The notes: generated by a model not told the origin, from the letters alone. A DNA stretch of 63,828 bases, filler included, from Vicugna vicugna (GCA_013265495.1; 78 parts of 75 records of this genome joined end to end with filler, not necessarily neighbours in it); one strand, 5' to 3'. Positions 1 to 11,038 are shown, counted from the whole stretch's first letter. Made by a program: numbers and translations.

Positions 1-1106
1 CAGTGTGTTTCCTAGTGCCGGTTTGAAGTGCCTGCTGTTTTCACTCTAACACCGAGTTGGAGCTTGTACGTCACCATATATATGTATGGAGTGGTGTTGG
101 CAACGGAAAAGAAACTTTGTGTTCTCTTCAATTTAGGTGAAAGACGGCTTTCACACACACTTATCTCTCAGAACTGAGCATGTGGAGAGACGTTCGTTCA
201 TCCAGCACCAAGGGAACAAGTTGCAGGGGAAACACTTACTCTGATTTCTCAGTGTGTTTCCTAGTGCCGGTTTGAAGTGCCTGCCTTTTTCTCTGTAAAA
301 CCGAGTTGGAGCTTGTACCTCCCCATATATATGTATGGAATGGAGTTGGCAAATGAAAAGAAACTTTGTGTTCCCTTCAACCTGGTGAAAGACGGCTTTC
401 ACACACACTTATCTCTCAGAACTGAGCATGTGGAGAGACGTTCGTTCATCCAGCACCAAGGGAACGGGTTGCAGGAGAAACACTTACTCTGGTTTCTCAG
501 TCTGTTTCCTAGTGCCGGTTTGAAGTGCCTGCCGTTTTCACTGTAAAACCGTTTTGGTGCNNNNNNNNNNNNNNNNNNNNNNNNNNNNNNNNNNNNNNNN
601 NNNNNNNNNNNNNNNNNNNNNNNNNNNNNNNNNNNNNNNNNNNNNNNNNNNNNNNNNNNNNNNNNNNNNNNNNNNNNNNNNNNNNNNNNNNNNNNNNNNN
701 NNNNNNNNNNNNNNNNNNNNNNNNNNNNNNNNNNNNNNNNNNNNNNNNNNNNNNNNNNNNNNNNNNNNNNNNNNNNNNNNNNNNNNNNNNNNNNNNNNNN
801 NNNNNNNNNNNNNNNNNNNNNNNNNNNNNNNNNNNNNNNNNNNNNNNNNNNNNNNNNNNNNNNNTTCCCTTCAAGCTAGGTGAAGGACGGCTTTCACACA
901 CACTTATGTCTCAGAACTGAGCATGTGGAGAGACGTTCGTTCATCCAGCACCAATTGAACGGGTTGCAGGAGAAACACTTTTTCTGGTTTCTGAGTCTGT
1001 TTTCTAGTGCCGGTTTGAGGTTCCTGCCGTTTTCACTGTAAAACAGAGTTTGAGCTTATAACTCCCTGTATACATGTATGGAGTGGAGTTGGCAACTGAA
1101 AAGAAA
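1..1106. repeat. Satellite family B, ~248-249-bp monomer
   Basis: CAGT(G/C)TGTTTCCTAGTGCCGGTTTGAAGTG recurs at 1, 250 and 498 and continues after the internal gap. Confidence 0.93.
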
Positions 1107-1206
1107 NNNNNNNNNNNNNNNNNNNNNNNNNNNNNNNNNNNNNNNNNNNNTTAATTAATTAANNNNNNNNNNNNNNNNNNNNNNNNNNNNNNNNNNNNNN
1201 NNNNNN
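1107..1206. other. Artificial scaffold-joining linker (44 N + TTAATTAATTAA + 44 N); first of 77 copies, last at 63483-63582
   Basis: The same 100-bp block recurs throughout (12-mer at 1151, 1929, 2446 ... 63527). The 12-mer is self-complementary and puts TAA in all six frames. Sequence type changes abruptly across it. Confidence 0.98.
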
Positions 1207-1615
1207 TAACAAGTGTCGGTCAGGAGGCAGAGAAATGGATACCCTCAATACACAGCCGTTGGAAAACGGCAATGGTGCAGCTTCTTTGGAAAAGCCGGTG
1301 TTTCCTCAAAAGTTTAGAGTCATATGGCTCAGCAATTCCACTCCTACATATAGAGTCATTACTCAGGATCCTCTGGGGGTTGGTTTCAGGAATATCCCAC
1401 CCTGGATACCATAATCCAAGGATGTTCGAATCCCTTTACAATCAGCCATCTCGATCCATGAAGAGGAAACTACAGATGTGGCAGGCCAACTGTACAGCCA
1501 ACAGAATGAAAACATATTCTCGCAAAACCTTTCACATCAATATTCATAGCAGTATCATTCAGAGTAGCCAAAAGTTACTAACAATATCCATCCATCAATG
1601 AATGGATAAACAAAA
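1207..1615 (+). mobile_element. Old L1 (L1M-type) ORF2-end/3' fragment, interrupted by a MITE
   Basis: Typical L1 3' motifs CAGCAATTCCACTCCTA, ATTCATAGCAG...TAGCCAAAAG and ATGAATGGATAAACAAAAT. Confidence 0.75.
1353..1492. mobile_element. Short Tigger/MER2-like DNA transposon MITE
   Basis: Flanked by TA at 1351-1352 and 1493-1494. Internal GGGGGTTGGTTTCAGGA...GGATACCATAATCCAAGGATG and end GGCCAACTG resemble MER2-family ends. The L1 resumes in register after it. Confidence 0.6.
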
Positions 1616-1884
1616 TTATCAAGAATAGGCCTACAAACATTTGGTCATTGAATCTTTGACAAAGGAGGTGAGAACATACAATGGAGTAAAGGCAGCCTCT
1701 TCAGCAAATGGTGTAGGGAAAACTGAACAGCTGCATGTAAATCAATGAAGTTAGACTACTCCCTCACAGCATACACAAATATGAATTCAAAATGGATAAA
1801 GACTTAAACATGTAGACAAGAGACTATAAAAAAAAAATTCAAACATGTGACATATATCTCAGCAATGTTTTCCTAGAGCAGTCT
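1616..1884 (+). mobile_element. Younger L1 ORF2 fragment
   Basis: ATCTTTGACAAAGGAGG...CAATGGAGTAAAGGCAGCCTCTTCAGCAAATGGTG...TCAAAATGGATAAAGACTTAAA, the L1 ORF2 C-terminal region. Confidence 0.8.
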
Positions 1885-2501
1885 NNNNNNNNNNNNNNNN
1901 NNNNNNNNNNNNNNNNNNNNNNNNNNNNTTAATTAATTAANNNNNNNNNNNNNNNNNNNNNNNNNNNNNNNNNNNNNNNNNNNNGAACTTAAGGGTCTGT
2001 AATGGAAAAGTGTGCGACGAGAGAGACCCCAGAGGGACAAAGCTAGCGTTAGCCCATACTCCATGCCTTTAACGGGCATTTGCCATGTTACGGCACAAGC
2101 CAATTTTAATATACATGAGTATTCATTTCAGTGTCCGAAGATAAAACCTAACCTGTTTTTCTGAAATAATACTTATTTTCCCTAAGTAAACGGTAATACC
2201 TATTCATTTTAGAAAATAAAGAAGAATATGAAAAGCATCCAAATATGAAAAGCATCCTTCATCCCACCACACAGAAAACCATCAGAGCAGCAAGTTGGAG
2301 CAATTTCTGTTTCTGCATGTATACACATACCAGTGTTCTTTTTCAAAATTATACATACAATACACATCCTTTTCCATTATGGTGTATTGCAGGATATTGA
2401 ANNNNNNNNNNNNNNNNNNNNNNNNNNNNNNNNNNNNNNNNNNNNTTAATTAATTAANNNNNNNNNNNNNNNNNNNNNNNNNNNNNNNNNNNNNNNNNNN
2501 N

Positions 2502-2899
2502 TCTGGCCATTGGGGAACTCGAATTCGTACCCATCGGGCAGCTTGATGGTTAGATCTGCCTGGTGGAAGGAGATGCACACTCCACGACACTTGCAGGCTG
2601 GAAGGAGAAAACAGACTCCCCGCTGCTCGGCCCCCCCAGGCCCCACTGGCCTTGCTGTTACACACGATGGCTTGGGTGTCCCCATGTGTGTGGAAGCGTG
2701 GGTTGAAGGGCAGGCACAGCTTGCTGCCGTCTTTGCCCACGTTCAGCACGAAGCTCTTGGCATCTGGGGCCACCTCGCCCCACACCACCCCAGGTTTGAG
2801 ATTCAGGGTGCTGGCGACCAGACCAAAAGCCATGACTGAGGAGAAGGGGACGTTCCCGGGACTGCGGCACCAGCTGTCGGAAGACACCTCCGGAGAGAT
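2502..2899 (-). pseudogene. LGALS1: Processed galectin-1 pseudogene (5' UTR plus most of CDS; 3' end cut by scaffold edge)
   Basis: ATG at 2833 gives MAFGLVASTLNLKPG-VVWGEVAPDAKSFVLNVGKDGSKLCLPFNPRFHTHGDTQAIVCNSKASGAWG; another frame continues AEQR...VCISFHQADLTIKLPDGYEFEFPN. Intronless, frameshifted, with a 3-codon deletion. Upstream ATCTCTCCGGAGGTGTCTTCCGACAGCTGGTGC...CCCGGGAAC matches the LGALS1 5' UTR as I recall it. Confidence 0.93.
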
Positions 2900-3062
2900 C
2901 TGGGAATGTTCTTGCTGTGGTTTCCTCCAGCTGTGTTTTGCTAATTCCATTTCTTCCAGCTGNNNNNNNNNNNNNNNNNNNNNNNNNNNNNNNNNNNNNN
3001 NNNNNNTTAATTAATTAANNNNNNNNNNNNNNNNNNNNNNNNNNNNNNNNNNNNNNNNNNNN

Positions 3063-3826
3063 AGCATGGGGAGACTACTCCAAATGACAGCAGTACCTGG
3101 GTTCTATCATAATCCCTTAGCTTGTGTTCCCTGAGTATTTACATAGGCCTGGCTTTGAACTATTGTGGGGTTTGGTCTCTATAGCTAGGTTTTAGCGAGT
3201 GCTTCTCTATTGGCATGGAGATTTTAAAACTACATCCCTAACCTTTAAACTCCTGCCCCTCATATAAATGCGTGGTCTACCTTTCCCCACCTCCAGCACA
3301 CACAGGAAGAAGAGTTCTGGTGTACTGAGTGTGGGTAGGCACCTCCAAATGACAGCAGCACCTGGGAACTTATAATATCACTTGGCTTGCTTTCCCTGAG
3401 TGTAAACTCCTGCTCATATAAATGCGTGGTCTACCTTTCCCCACCTCCAGCACACACAGGAAGAAGAGTTCTGGTGTACTGAGTGTGGGTAGGCACCTCC
3501 AAATGACAGCAGCACCTGGGAACTTATAATATCACTTGGCTTGCTTTCCCTGAGTGTTTCCTTTGGGCAGGCTTTGAGCGAAGTTGGATGTTGGGCACTA
3601 AACACTAGTAATAGCGAGTGCCTCTCTATGGGCATTGGAGGTGTTTAAAATACCTCCCCAAACTTGGAACACCTGAGCCCCCCCAAAAATGCGTGGACTC
3701 TGTTTCCCCACCTCCAGCACACACACGAAAACGGGTTGAGGATTCCTGAGTGTGGGGAGGCACCTACAACTGACAGCACGTCCTGGGTTCTAATACAATC
3801 CATTAACATGTCTTCACTGATGGCTA
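3063..3826. repeat. Satellite family C (diverged 261-267-bp monomers related to family A)
   Basis: Recurring CTGAGTGTGGG.AGG..CCTCCAAATGACAGCAGCACCTGGG. Reverse-complement match to about 40930-41260. Confidence 0.88.
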
Positions 3827-3926
3827 NNNNNNNNNNNNNNNNNNNNNNNNNNNNNNNNNNNNNNNNNNNNTTAATTAATTAANNNNNNNNNNNNNNNNNN
3901 NNNNNNNNNNNNNNNNNNNNNNNNNN

Positions 3927-4060
3927 AAAAAATATTTTTTGAGGGGGGTAATTAGGTTTATTTATTTGTTGTATTTTTTAAAATGAGATACTGAGAATTG
4001 AGCCAAAGTCCTCGTACATGCTAAGCACGTGCTTTACCACTGAACTGTACCCTCCTCCCC
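3927..4060 (-). mobile_element. Camelid tRNA-derived SINE (Vic-1-like)
   Basis: Minus strand reads GGGGAGGAGGGTACAGTTCAGTGGTAAAGCACGTGCTTAGCATGTACGAGGAC...GGCTCAATTCTCAGTATCTC...AAATAAATAAACCTAATTACCCCCC: A/B-box-like head and characteristic tail. Confidence 0.8.
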
Positions 4061-4189
4061 AAAGCAAGTTTTCTTACCCATTATTCTGCACGTTAGGAGT
4101 TCAAATAAATTGGAATTGAAATCCAGAAATTTTGATCCCACTATGGTTCTTTGCATTATATCCTGCTGAGAGGTGGGGAAGCAGTTCCT

Positions 4190-4300
4190 TTATTCATTCC
4201 TTTATTCAGCAGTTTTGAGCACTGACTTTGCATCAGGGCCTGGCTAGGTGCTTGGAAACAGAAAACAAGAAATACTTTCCTGCAGGGGATGGAAGCCTAG
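4190..4300 (-). mobile_element. Degraded L2 3' end
   Basis: TTATTCATTCC...TTTTGAGCACTGACTTTGCATCAGGGCCTGGCTAGGTGCTTGGAAACAG pattern. Confidence 0.5.
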
Positions 4301-4481
4301 ACCAAAATCTGGGTAATGTGATCTTAGCTACAGTATCCATGTGCAGACGCTGAGGGCAAACTTACCCCTGATTTGCTTGGGCTTCCCTTGCCTTCTGGCT
4401 GGTACACACCAGGTCGCCACAGCCCAGTGAGGCACGCAGCCCACAGCACAGTATGTACCTCGAACTCTCTGCTCTCGGCAG

Positions 4482-4622
4482 GGCCTGCAACATGAGCGCC
4501 CCTGACTACGTGCAATGTGCTGAGGACCACCAGATTCTCCCCGTTGTGGTCCAATCCGTGGGGATCATCTTAGAGAGGAATTTCTTTTTCATTTATAATG
4601 GAATCTCCTTGGTGAGCCAGAT
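4482..4622 (+). pseudogene. TRAPPC9: Diverged non-processed copy of the TRAPPC9 (NIBP) first coding exon, copy 1 (truncated by scaffold edge)
   Basis: Acceptor CTCTCTGCTCTCGGCAG ends at 4481; ATG at 4492 gives [44 protein letters not shown] versus recalled human [44 protein letters not shown] (about 31/44 identical). Confidence 0.85.
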
Positions 4623-4722
4623 NNNNNNNNNNNNNNNNNNNNNNNNNNNNNNNNNNNNNNNNNNNNTTAATTAATTAANNNNNNNNNNNNNNNNNNNNNN
4701 NNNNNNNNNNNNNNNNNNNNNN

Positions 4723-5698
4723 GTGTCTAGAAGAAAATATTACTTTTATAGAGGAGGAAAGATTAGGAATCCACATGATCTCCGCTCAGGAATGCATGTT
4801 TGTCAAATCCGTCATGTATGTAGTATGTAAGGAACACGGAATATCATATAGATCGAATCTATTCAAATTACATATCTCTAGGGTAGAATTCGCTCCAAGA
4901 GGGTTTAGCTGGGATCAAAAATCTGGGATCAAAGTGTCATTCTTGAAACTGGTGATAGGCAGAAGCTACAAAGTAAATGTAAATATTTCAGAGTGCATAG
5001 GTAACTTGTTTGGTGGTTGAAACATCAGTCATGCGCATGTTCACAACTAAATTCAAGTTTGAGGAATCCGTGATGCATGAAACATGTTCGTAATACGGAA
5101 TGCCATGGTTATGTAAACAATGCAAATTACATGTGTATTTGTGAGAATTCGCTCAAAGAGTACTTTCTGGTTCCAGATGTCCGATTTTAGAACCTGGTGA
5201 TAGAAAAATCTATGAATTCAGAATAAATAATTCTAAGTGTATATACGCAATGTTTGGTGGATGAAATGTCAGCAATCCACATGCTCACAAGTCAGAAATG
5301 CATGATTGCCGAATCCTTCATGCATGTAGCATGTACGTAACCCGGAAGGCCATGTTGATGGAATTCATGTTAATTACATACCTATTAGGTGGAAATCGCT
5401 ACAGAAATATTTTTTTGTGAAAAATGCACGGTTTCGAACCTGGTTTTAGGGAAAGCTTGTGAAAAAGTGTACACGTGTCTAGATGAGAATATTCCTTTTA
5501 TAGAGGAGGAAAGATTAGTAATCCAGATGACCTATACTCAGGAATGTATATTTGTCGAATCCGTCATATACTTAGCATGTACGGAACACGGAATATCATA
5601 TAGATGGATTCTATTCAAATTGCATATCTCTAGGGTAGAATTCGATCCAAGAGGTTTTTTCTAGGATCAAAGTGTGATTCTTGAATCTGGTGATAGGA
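4723..5698. repeat. Satellite family D, AT-rich ~739-bp trimer of ~246-bp monomers
   Basis: GTGTCTAGA.GA.AATATT recurs at 4723 and 5475 (this unit includes a ~14-bp internal duplication). Monomer motif AATCCACATG...GAATCC.TCATG recurs every ~250 bp. Confidence 0.9.
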
Positions 5699-6303
5699 NN
5701 NNNNNNNNNNNNNNNNNNNNNNNNNNNNNNNNNNNNNNNNNNTTAATTAATTAANNNNNNNNNNNNNNNNNNNNNNNNNNNNNNNNNNNNNNNNNNNNTT
5801 TAGTGGAAATGTCAACCCATCATTACCACTTTAGAGACTGAAAACTTACCCTCCTCATCTACGTGGACATAGCATCCTTACTGATTCCTAATATGAAAAA
5901 TGACGATGGATGACATCTCAGGATGCTCCAATGCAGAGGTTCTCTGCTGCAGTGAGGAGGAAAGAGTCGTGTGCTTCAAGACGCACTTACTGTCTGTAGC
6001 TCACTTTGCAAGACACTGCAACTTGTCTAAGCTAAAGCTTAAAAGTGGAAAATAGAGACAACATCAATGGCAGAGGGCATTCGGAGGCTAATTCCTTGGC
6101 CCCACTTTATCACTTCTCAAGAGCCGTGGGCAATACCTTGGGAAAGGCAACCCAACTTATCAAAAAGCTGTGCCTCCTACTAATTCACAGTAAGTGTCAT
6201 CTGNNNNNNNNNNNNNNNNNNNNNNNNNNNNNNNNNNNNNNNNNNNNTTAATTAATTAANNNNNNNNNNNNNNNNNNNNNNNNNNNNNNNNNNNNNNNNN
6301 NNN

Positions 6304-6619
6304 GTAATAGCCAAATACTGGAACTCAAATGTCCATTAACAGATGAACTGATAAACAACCCACAGTATATCCACACAATGGACTAATACCTAACAGTGAA
6401 AAGGAATGAACTGTTGATACACAAAACAACACAGACAGATTTTGAAATAATCACCCTGACTGCAATATGTCCAGACAAATGACAGTATGTACTATATAAT
6501 CCCATGTATATTAAATTCTAAATCACAAACCAATCCACAGTGCAGCAAGCAGACCAGTGATTGCCTGGGGTGGGGGGTGAGCAGCAGGAGCAAAGGGGAC
6601 AAATGGGCACCAGGACACT
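6304..6619 (+). mobile_element. Old L1 (L1MB/MC-like) 3' end fragment
   Basis: AATAGCCAAA...AAATGTCCATTAACAGATGAA...CACACAATGGAC...GTGAAAAGGAATGAACTGTTGATACAC...CAGTGATTGCCTGGGG. Confidence 0.75.
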
Positions 6620-7451
6620 NNNNNNNNNNNNNNNNNNNNNNNNNNNNNNNNNNNNNNNNNNNNNNNNNNNNNNNNNNNNNNNNNNNNNNNNNNNNNNNNN
6701 NNNNNNNNNNNNNNNNNNNNNNNNNNNNNNNNNNNNNNNNNNNNNNNNNNNNNNNNNNNNNNNNNNNNNNNNNNNNNNNNNNNNNNNNNNNNNNNNNNNN
6801 NNNNNNNNNNNNNNNNNNNNNNNNNNNNNNNNNNNNNNNNNNNNNNNNNNNNNNNNNNNNNNNNNNNNNNNNNNNNNNNNNNNNNNNNNNNNNNNNNNNN
6901 NNNNNNNNNNNNNNNNNNNNNNNNNNNNNNNNNNNNNNNNNNNNNNNNNNNNNNNNNNNNNNNNNNNNNNNNNNNNNNNNNNNNNNNNNNNNNNNNNNNN
7001 NNNNNNNNNNNNNNNNNNNNNNNNNNNNNNNNNNNNNNNNNNNNNNNNNNATTTACAACTATCACATGTGAAGAATAAAGATGTAAAATCAAATCTCTGT
7101 TCTTGCAAACCAAAGGCATAACTAAAAGCAAATTATCCTGAGTGAATACTGAATGACCTGTTTATTGTCAGGAAAAGTGGGTGACCTGGAAGTTCTCCAC
7201 AGGCTACACATATACTATTAGAAAAGCTACACTGACATCTCCAGGTCTGGGAATGGCTGCTACACGACATCCTGGTACAGGAGTCTTAGTACCTGAATCC
7301 CTGGGCATGGAGATTGGAGAATCTGCTTTGAATGAGTGAAAGGCTGCAAATNNNNNNNNNNNNNNNNNNNNNNNNNNNNNNNNNNNNNNNNNNNNTTAAT
7401 TAATTAANNNNNNNNNNNNNNNNNNNNNNNNNNNNNNNNNNNNNNNNNNNN

Positions 7452-8547
7452 AACCCAGGCACTGCTGTTAGTTGGAGGAACCTCCCCACACTTAAGTAAT
7501 CTGAACCCGATGTCTTGTGTGTGCTGGAGGAGTTAAACAGGGTCCACGCATTTTTGTGGGGGCACAGGTGTTCACAGGTTGGGGATATACTTTAACCACC
7601 TCCACTGCCAAAAGATAGGAACTCGCTAATACTTGGTTTTAGAGCACAACCCCAACTTCGCTCACAACCNNNNNNNNNNNNNNNNNNNNNNNNNNNNNNN
7701 NNNNNNNNNNNNNNNNNNNNNNNNNNNNNNNNNNNNNNNNNNNNNNNNNNNNNNNNNNNNNNNNNNNNNNNNNNNNNNNNNNNNNNNNNNNNNNNNNNNN
7801 NNNNNNNNNNNNNNNNNNNNNNNNNNNNNNNNNNNNNNNNNNNNNNNNNNNNNNNNNNNNNNNNNNNNNNNNNNNNNNNNNNNNNNNNNNNNNNNNNNNN
7901 NNNNNNNNNNNNNNNNNNNNNNNNNNNNNNNNNNNNNNNNNNNNNNNNNNNNNNNNNNNNNNNNNNNNNNNNNNNNNNNNNNNNNNNNNNNNNNNNNNNN
8001 NNNNNNNNNNNNNNNNNNNNNNNNNNNNNNNNNNNNNNNNNNNNNNNNNNNNNNNNNNNNNNNNNNNNNNNNNNNNNNNNNNNNNNNNNNNNNNNNNNNN
8101 NNNNNNNNNNNNNNNNNNNNNNNNNNNNNNNNNNNNNNNNNNNNNNNNNNNNNNNNNNNNNNNNNNNNNNNNNNNNNNNNNNNNNNNNNNNNNNNNNNNN
8201 NNNNACAAGCTAAGGGATTCTAATAGATCCCAGGTGCTGCTGTTATTTGGAGTAACCTCCCCATGATCAGGATTCCAGAAAACTTCTTCATGTGTGTGCT
8301 GTTGATGGAGAAACAGAGTCCACGCATATTTTTTGGGTCACTGGTGTTTCCGGGTTTGAGATGTTGTTTAAGCAACTCATTGCTCATAGAAAGGCACTCG
8401 CTAATACTTGGATTAAGGCCCCAACCCCCACCATCACTCACAGCCCGACATGGAAATCACTCAAAGAATTCCAGCAAAGGGATTCTACTAGTCCCCAGGA
8501 GATGCTGTCAATTTGAGAAGTCACCGAACCCTGAGAATATCACTACT
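7452..8547. repeat. Satellite family C
   Basis: CCCAGG..CTGCTGT...TTGGAGGAACCTCCCCACAC and CACTCGCTAATACTTGG motifs. Matches 40515-40700. Confidence 0.85.
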
Positions 8548-8647
8548 NNNNNNNNNNNNNNNNNNNNNNNNNNNNNNNNNNNNNNNNNNNNTTAATTAAT
8601 TAANNNNNNNNNNNNNNNNNNNNNNNNNNNNNNNNNNNNNNNNNNNN

Positions 8648-9778
8648 GGAATCCTGAGCGTTGAGAGGTTCCACCAACGGTCGGCAGCGAGTTGGTTCTA
8701 ACGGGATGACTTAGCTCGTCTCCCTTGAGGGTTTTCCTAATGTCTCTGTGCCAGGGAATGCTAGGGGGGGGGTTGCAGGAAATCAGAGTGATAGAGGCTG
8801 CCTCCCCAAGGGCAGGGAAGGGATTTCTCGGACTTCCCCGAACAGGGAACACCTGTGACTGAAGAGAGCTGCGTGGAGTTATCTCTCGTGCTCCCCCACG
8901 CACTGACAATGGTTCCGGAATCCTGAGCGTTGAGAGGTTCCACCAACGGTCGGCAGCGAGTTGGTTCTAACGGGATGACTTAGCTCGTCTCCCTTGAGGG
9001 TTTTCCTAATGTCTCTGTGCCAGAGAATGCTAGGGGGGGGTTGCAGGAAATCAGAGTTATAGAGGCTGCCTCCCCAAGGTCAGGGAAGGTATTTCTCGGA
9101 CTTCCCCGAACAGGGAACACCTGTGACTGAAGAGAGCTGCGTGGAGTTATCTCTCGTGCTCCCCCACGCACTGACAATGTTTNNNNNNNNNNNNNNNNNN
9201 NNNNNNNNNNNNNNNNNNNNNNNNNNNNNNNNNNNNNNNNNNNNNNNNNNNNNNNNNNNNNNNNNNNNNNNNNNNNNNNNNNNNNNNNNNNNNNNNNNNN
9301 NNNNNNNNNNNNNNNNNNNNNNNNNNNNNNNNNNNNNNNNNNNNNNNNNNNNNNNNNNNNNNNNNNNNNNNNNNNNNNNNNNNNNNNNNNNNNNNNNNNN
9401 NNNNNNNNNNNNNNNNNNNNNNNNNNNNNNNNNNNNNNNNNNNNNNNNNNNNNNNNNNNNNNNNNNNNNNNNNNNNNNNNNNNNNNNNNNNNNNNNNNNN
9501 NNNNNNNNNNNNNNNNNNNNGGGTTTTCCTAATGTCTCTGTGCCAGGGAATGCTAGGGGTGGTTTGCAGGAAATCCCAGTGACAGAGGCTGCCTCCCCAA
9601 GATCAGGGAATGTATTACTCGGACTTCCCCGAACAGGGAACTCCTGTGACTGAAGAGAGCTGCGTGGAGTTTTCTTTCGAGCTCCCCCACGCACTGACAA
9701 AGATTCCGGAATCCTGAGCGTGGGGAGTTTCCAACCACGGTCGGCAGCGCGTGGGTTCTAACGGGATGCCTGAGCTCG
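8648..9778. repeat. Satellite family A, 267-bp CpG-rich monomer
   Basis: GGAATCCTGAGCG recurs at 8648 and 8917 (269 bp, expanded G run). Confidence 0.95.
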
Positions 9779-9878
9779 NNNNNNNNNNNNNNNNNNNNNN
9801 NNNNNNNNNNNNNNNNNNNNNNTTAATTAATTAANNNNNNNNNNNNNNNNNNNNNNNNNNNNNNNNNNNNNNNNNNNN

Positions 9879-10415
9879 GAATACAGAATACTGAATAAAG
9901 AATTTAGAATATAGAATTTAGAAACAGAATTTAGAATATAGAGAAAGAATACAGAATATTGAATTAAGAAAATAGAATGTGGAACACATAATAGAGAATA
10001 GAGAATATAGAACCCAGAATTTAGAACTTGGAATATAGAACACAGAATTTAGAATATAGAATACAGAATACTGAATATAGAATTTAGAATANNNNNNNNN
10101 NNNNNNNNNNNNNNNNNNNNNNNNNNNNNNNNNNNNNNNNNNNNNNNNNNNNNNNNNNNNNNNNNNNNNNNNNNNNNNNNNNNNNNNNNNNNNNNNNNNN
10201 NNNNNNNNNNNNNNNNNNNNNNNNNNNNNNNNNNNNNNNNNNNNNNNNNNNNNNNNNNNNNNNNNNNGAATGTAGAACACAGAATATGGAATGCAGTATA
10301 CGGAAGGCAGAATATTGAATACAGAATACCGAATGTAGAACAAAGAATTTAGAATATGGAAAACAGAACTTAGATTCCAGAATTTAGAAAATGGAATGCA
10401 GAACACAAAATTTAG
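9879..10415. repeat. Satellite family E, (TAGAATA)n-derived
   Basis: GAA every 7 bp; blocks such as AGAACCCAGAATTTAGAAC. Confidence 0.93.
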
Positions 10416-10860
10416 NNNNNNNNNNNNNNNNNNNNNNNNNNNNNNNNNNNNNNNNNNNNTTAATTAATTAANNNNNNNNNNNNNNNNNNNNNNNNNNNNN
10501 NNNNNNNNNNNNNNNAAAAAAAAAAAGAAAGTTCTTTAGGTTGAAGGGATATGCTACCAGATGTAAACACAGATCTGCAGGAAGGCATAAAGAACACTGG
10601 AAATGACTGAGATCACACAGGAAAAGTCACTTCAAAAAAAACCAAGCATGAGAACTGCGTTTTGGAGAAGCTTGGAGTCATTTAGAGGTCACTTGATGCC
10701 TGTCAGAGGCTCCTCAGAACTGAGCTGAGAATTCTTTGCCTTGGTTAGCCCCAATTGGGTCATCATACAGGAAACGTCCAATGCTGTCTGGAGAAAATTG
10801 CCCCCATTTAGGGAGATTATAAATATTTCAAATGGATTTTTTTTATTTTTTAAAAAAATG

Positions 10861-11038
10861 TATTCTTTTTTTTACATTTTTTATTGATTCATAATCATTT
10901 TATAGTGTTGTGTCAAATTCCAGTGTTCAGCACAATTTTTCAGTCATTCATGGACATACACACACTCATTGTCACATTTTTTTCTCTGTGATTTATCATA
11001 ACATTTTGTGTATATTTCCCTGTGCTATACAGTGTAAT
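10861..11038 (-). mobile_element. Young camelid-type L1 3' end with poly(A)
   Basis: T-rich tail followed by ATTGATTCATAATCATTTTATAGTGTTGTGTCAAATTCCAGTGTTCAGCACAATTTTTCAGTCAT...TTTCCCTGTGCTATACAG. Confidence 0.8.

Noticed and set aside
3990..4060. tRNA-like sequence
   Set aside because: It is the degenerate head of a tRNA-derived SINE with its AT-rich tail, not a tRNA gene.
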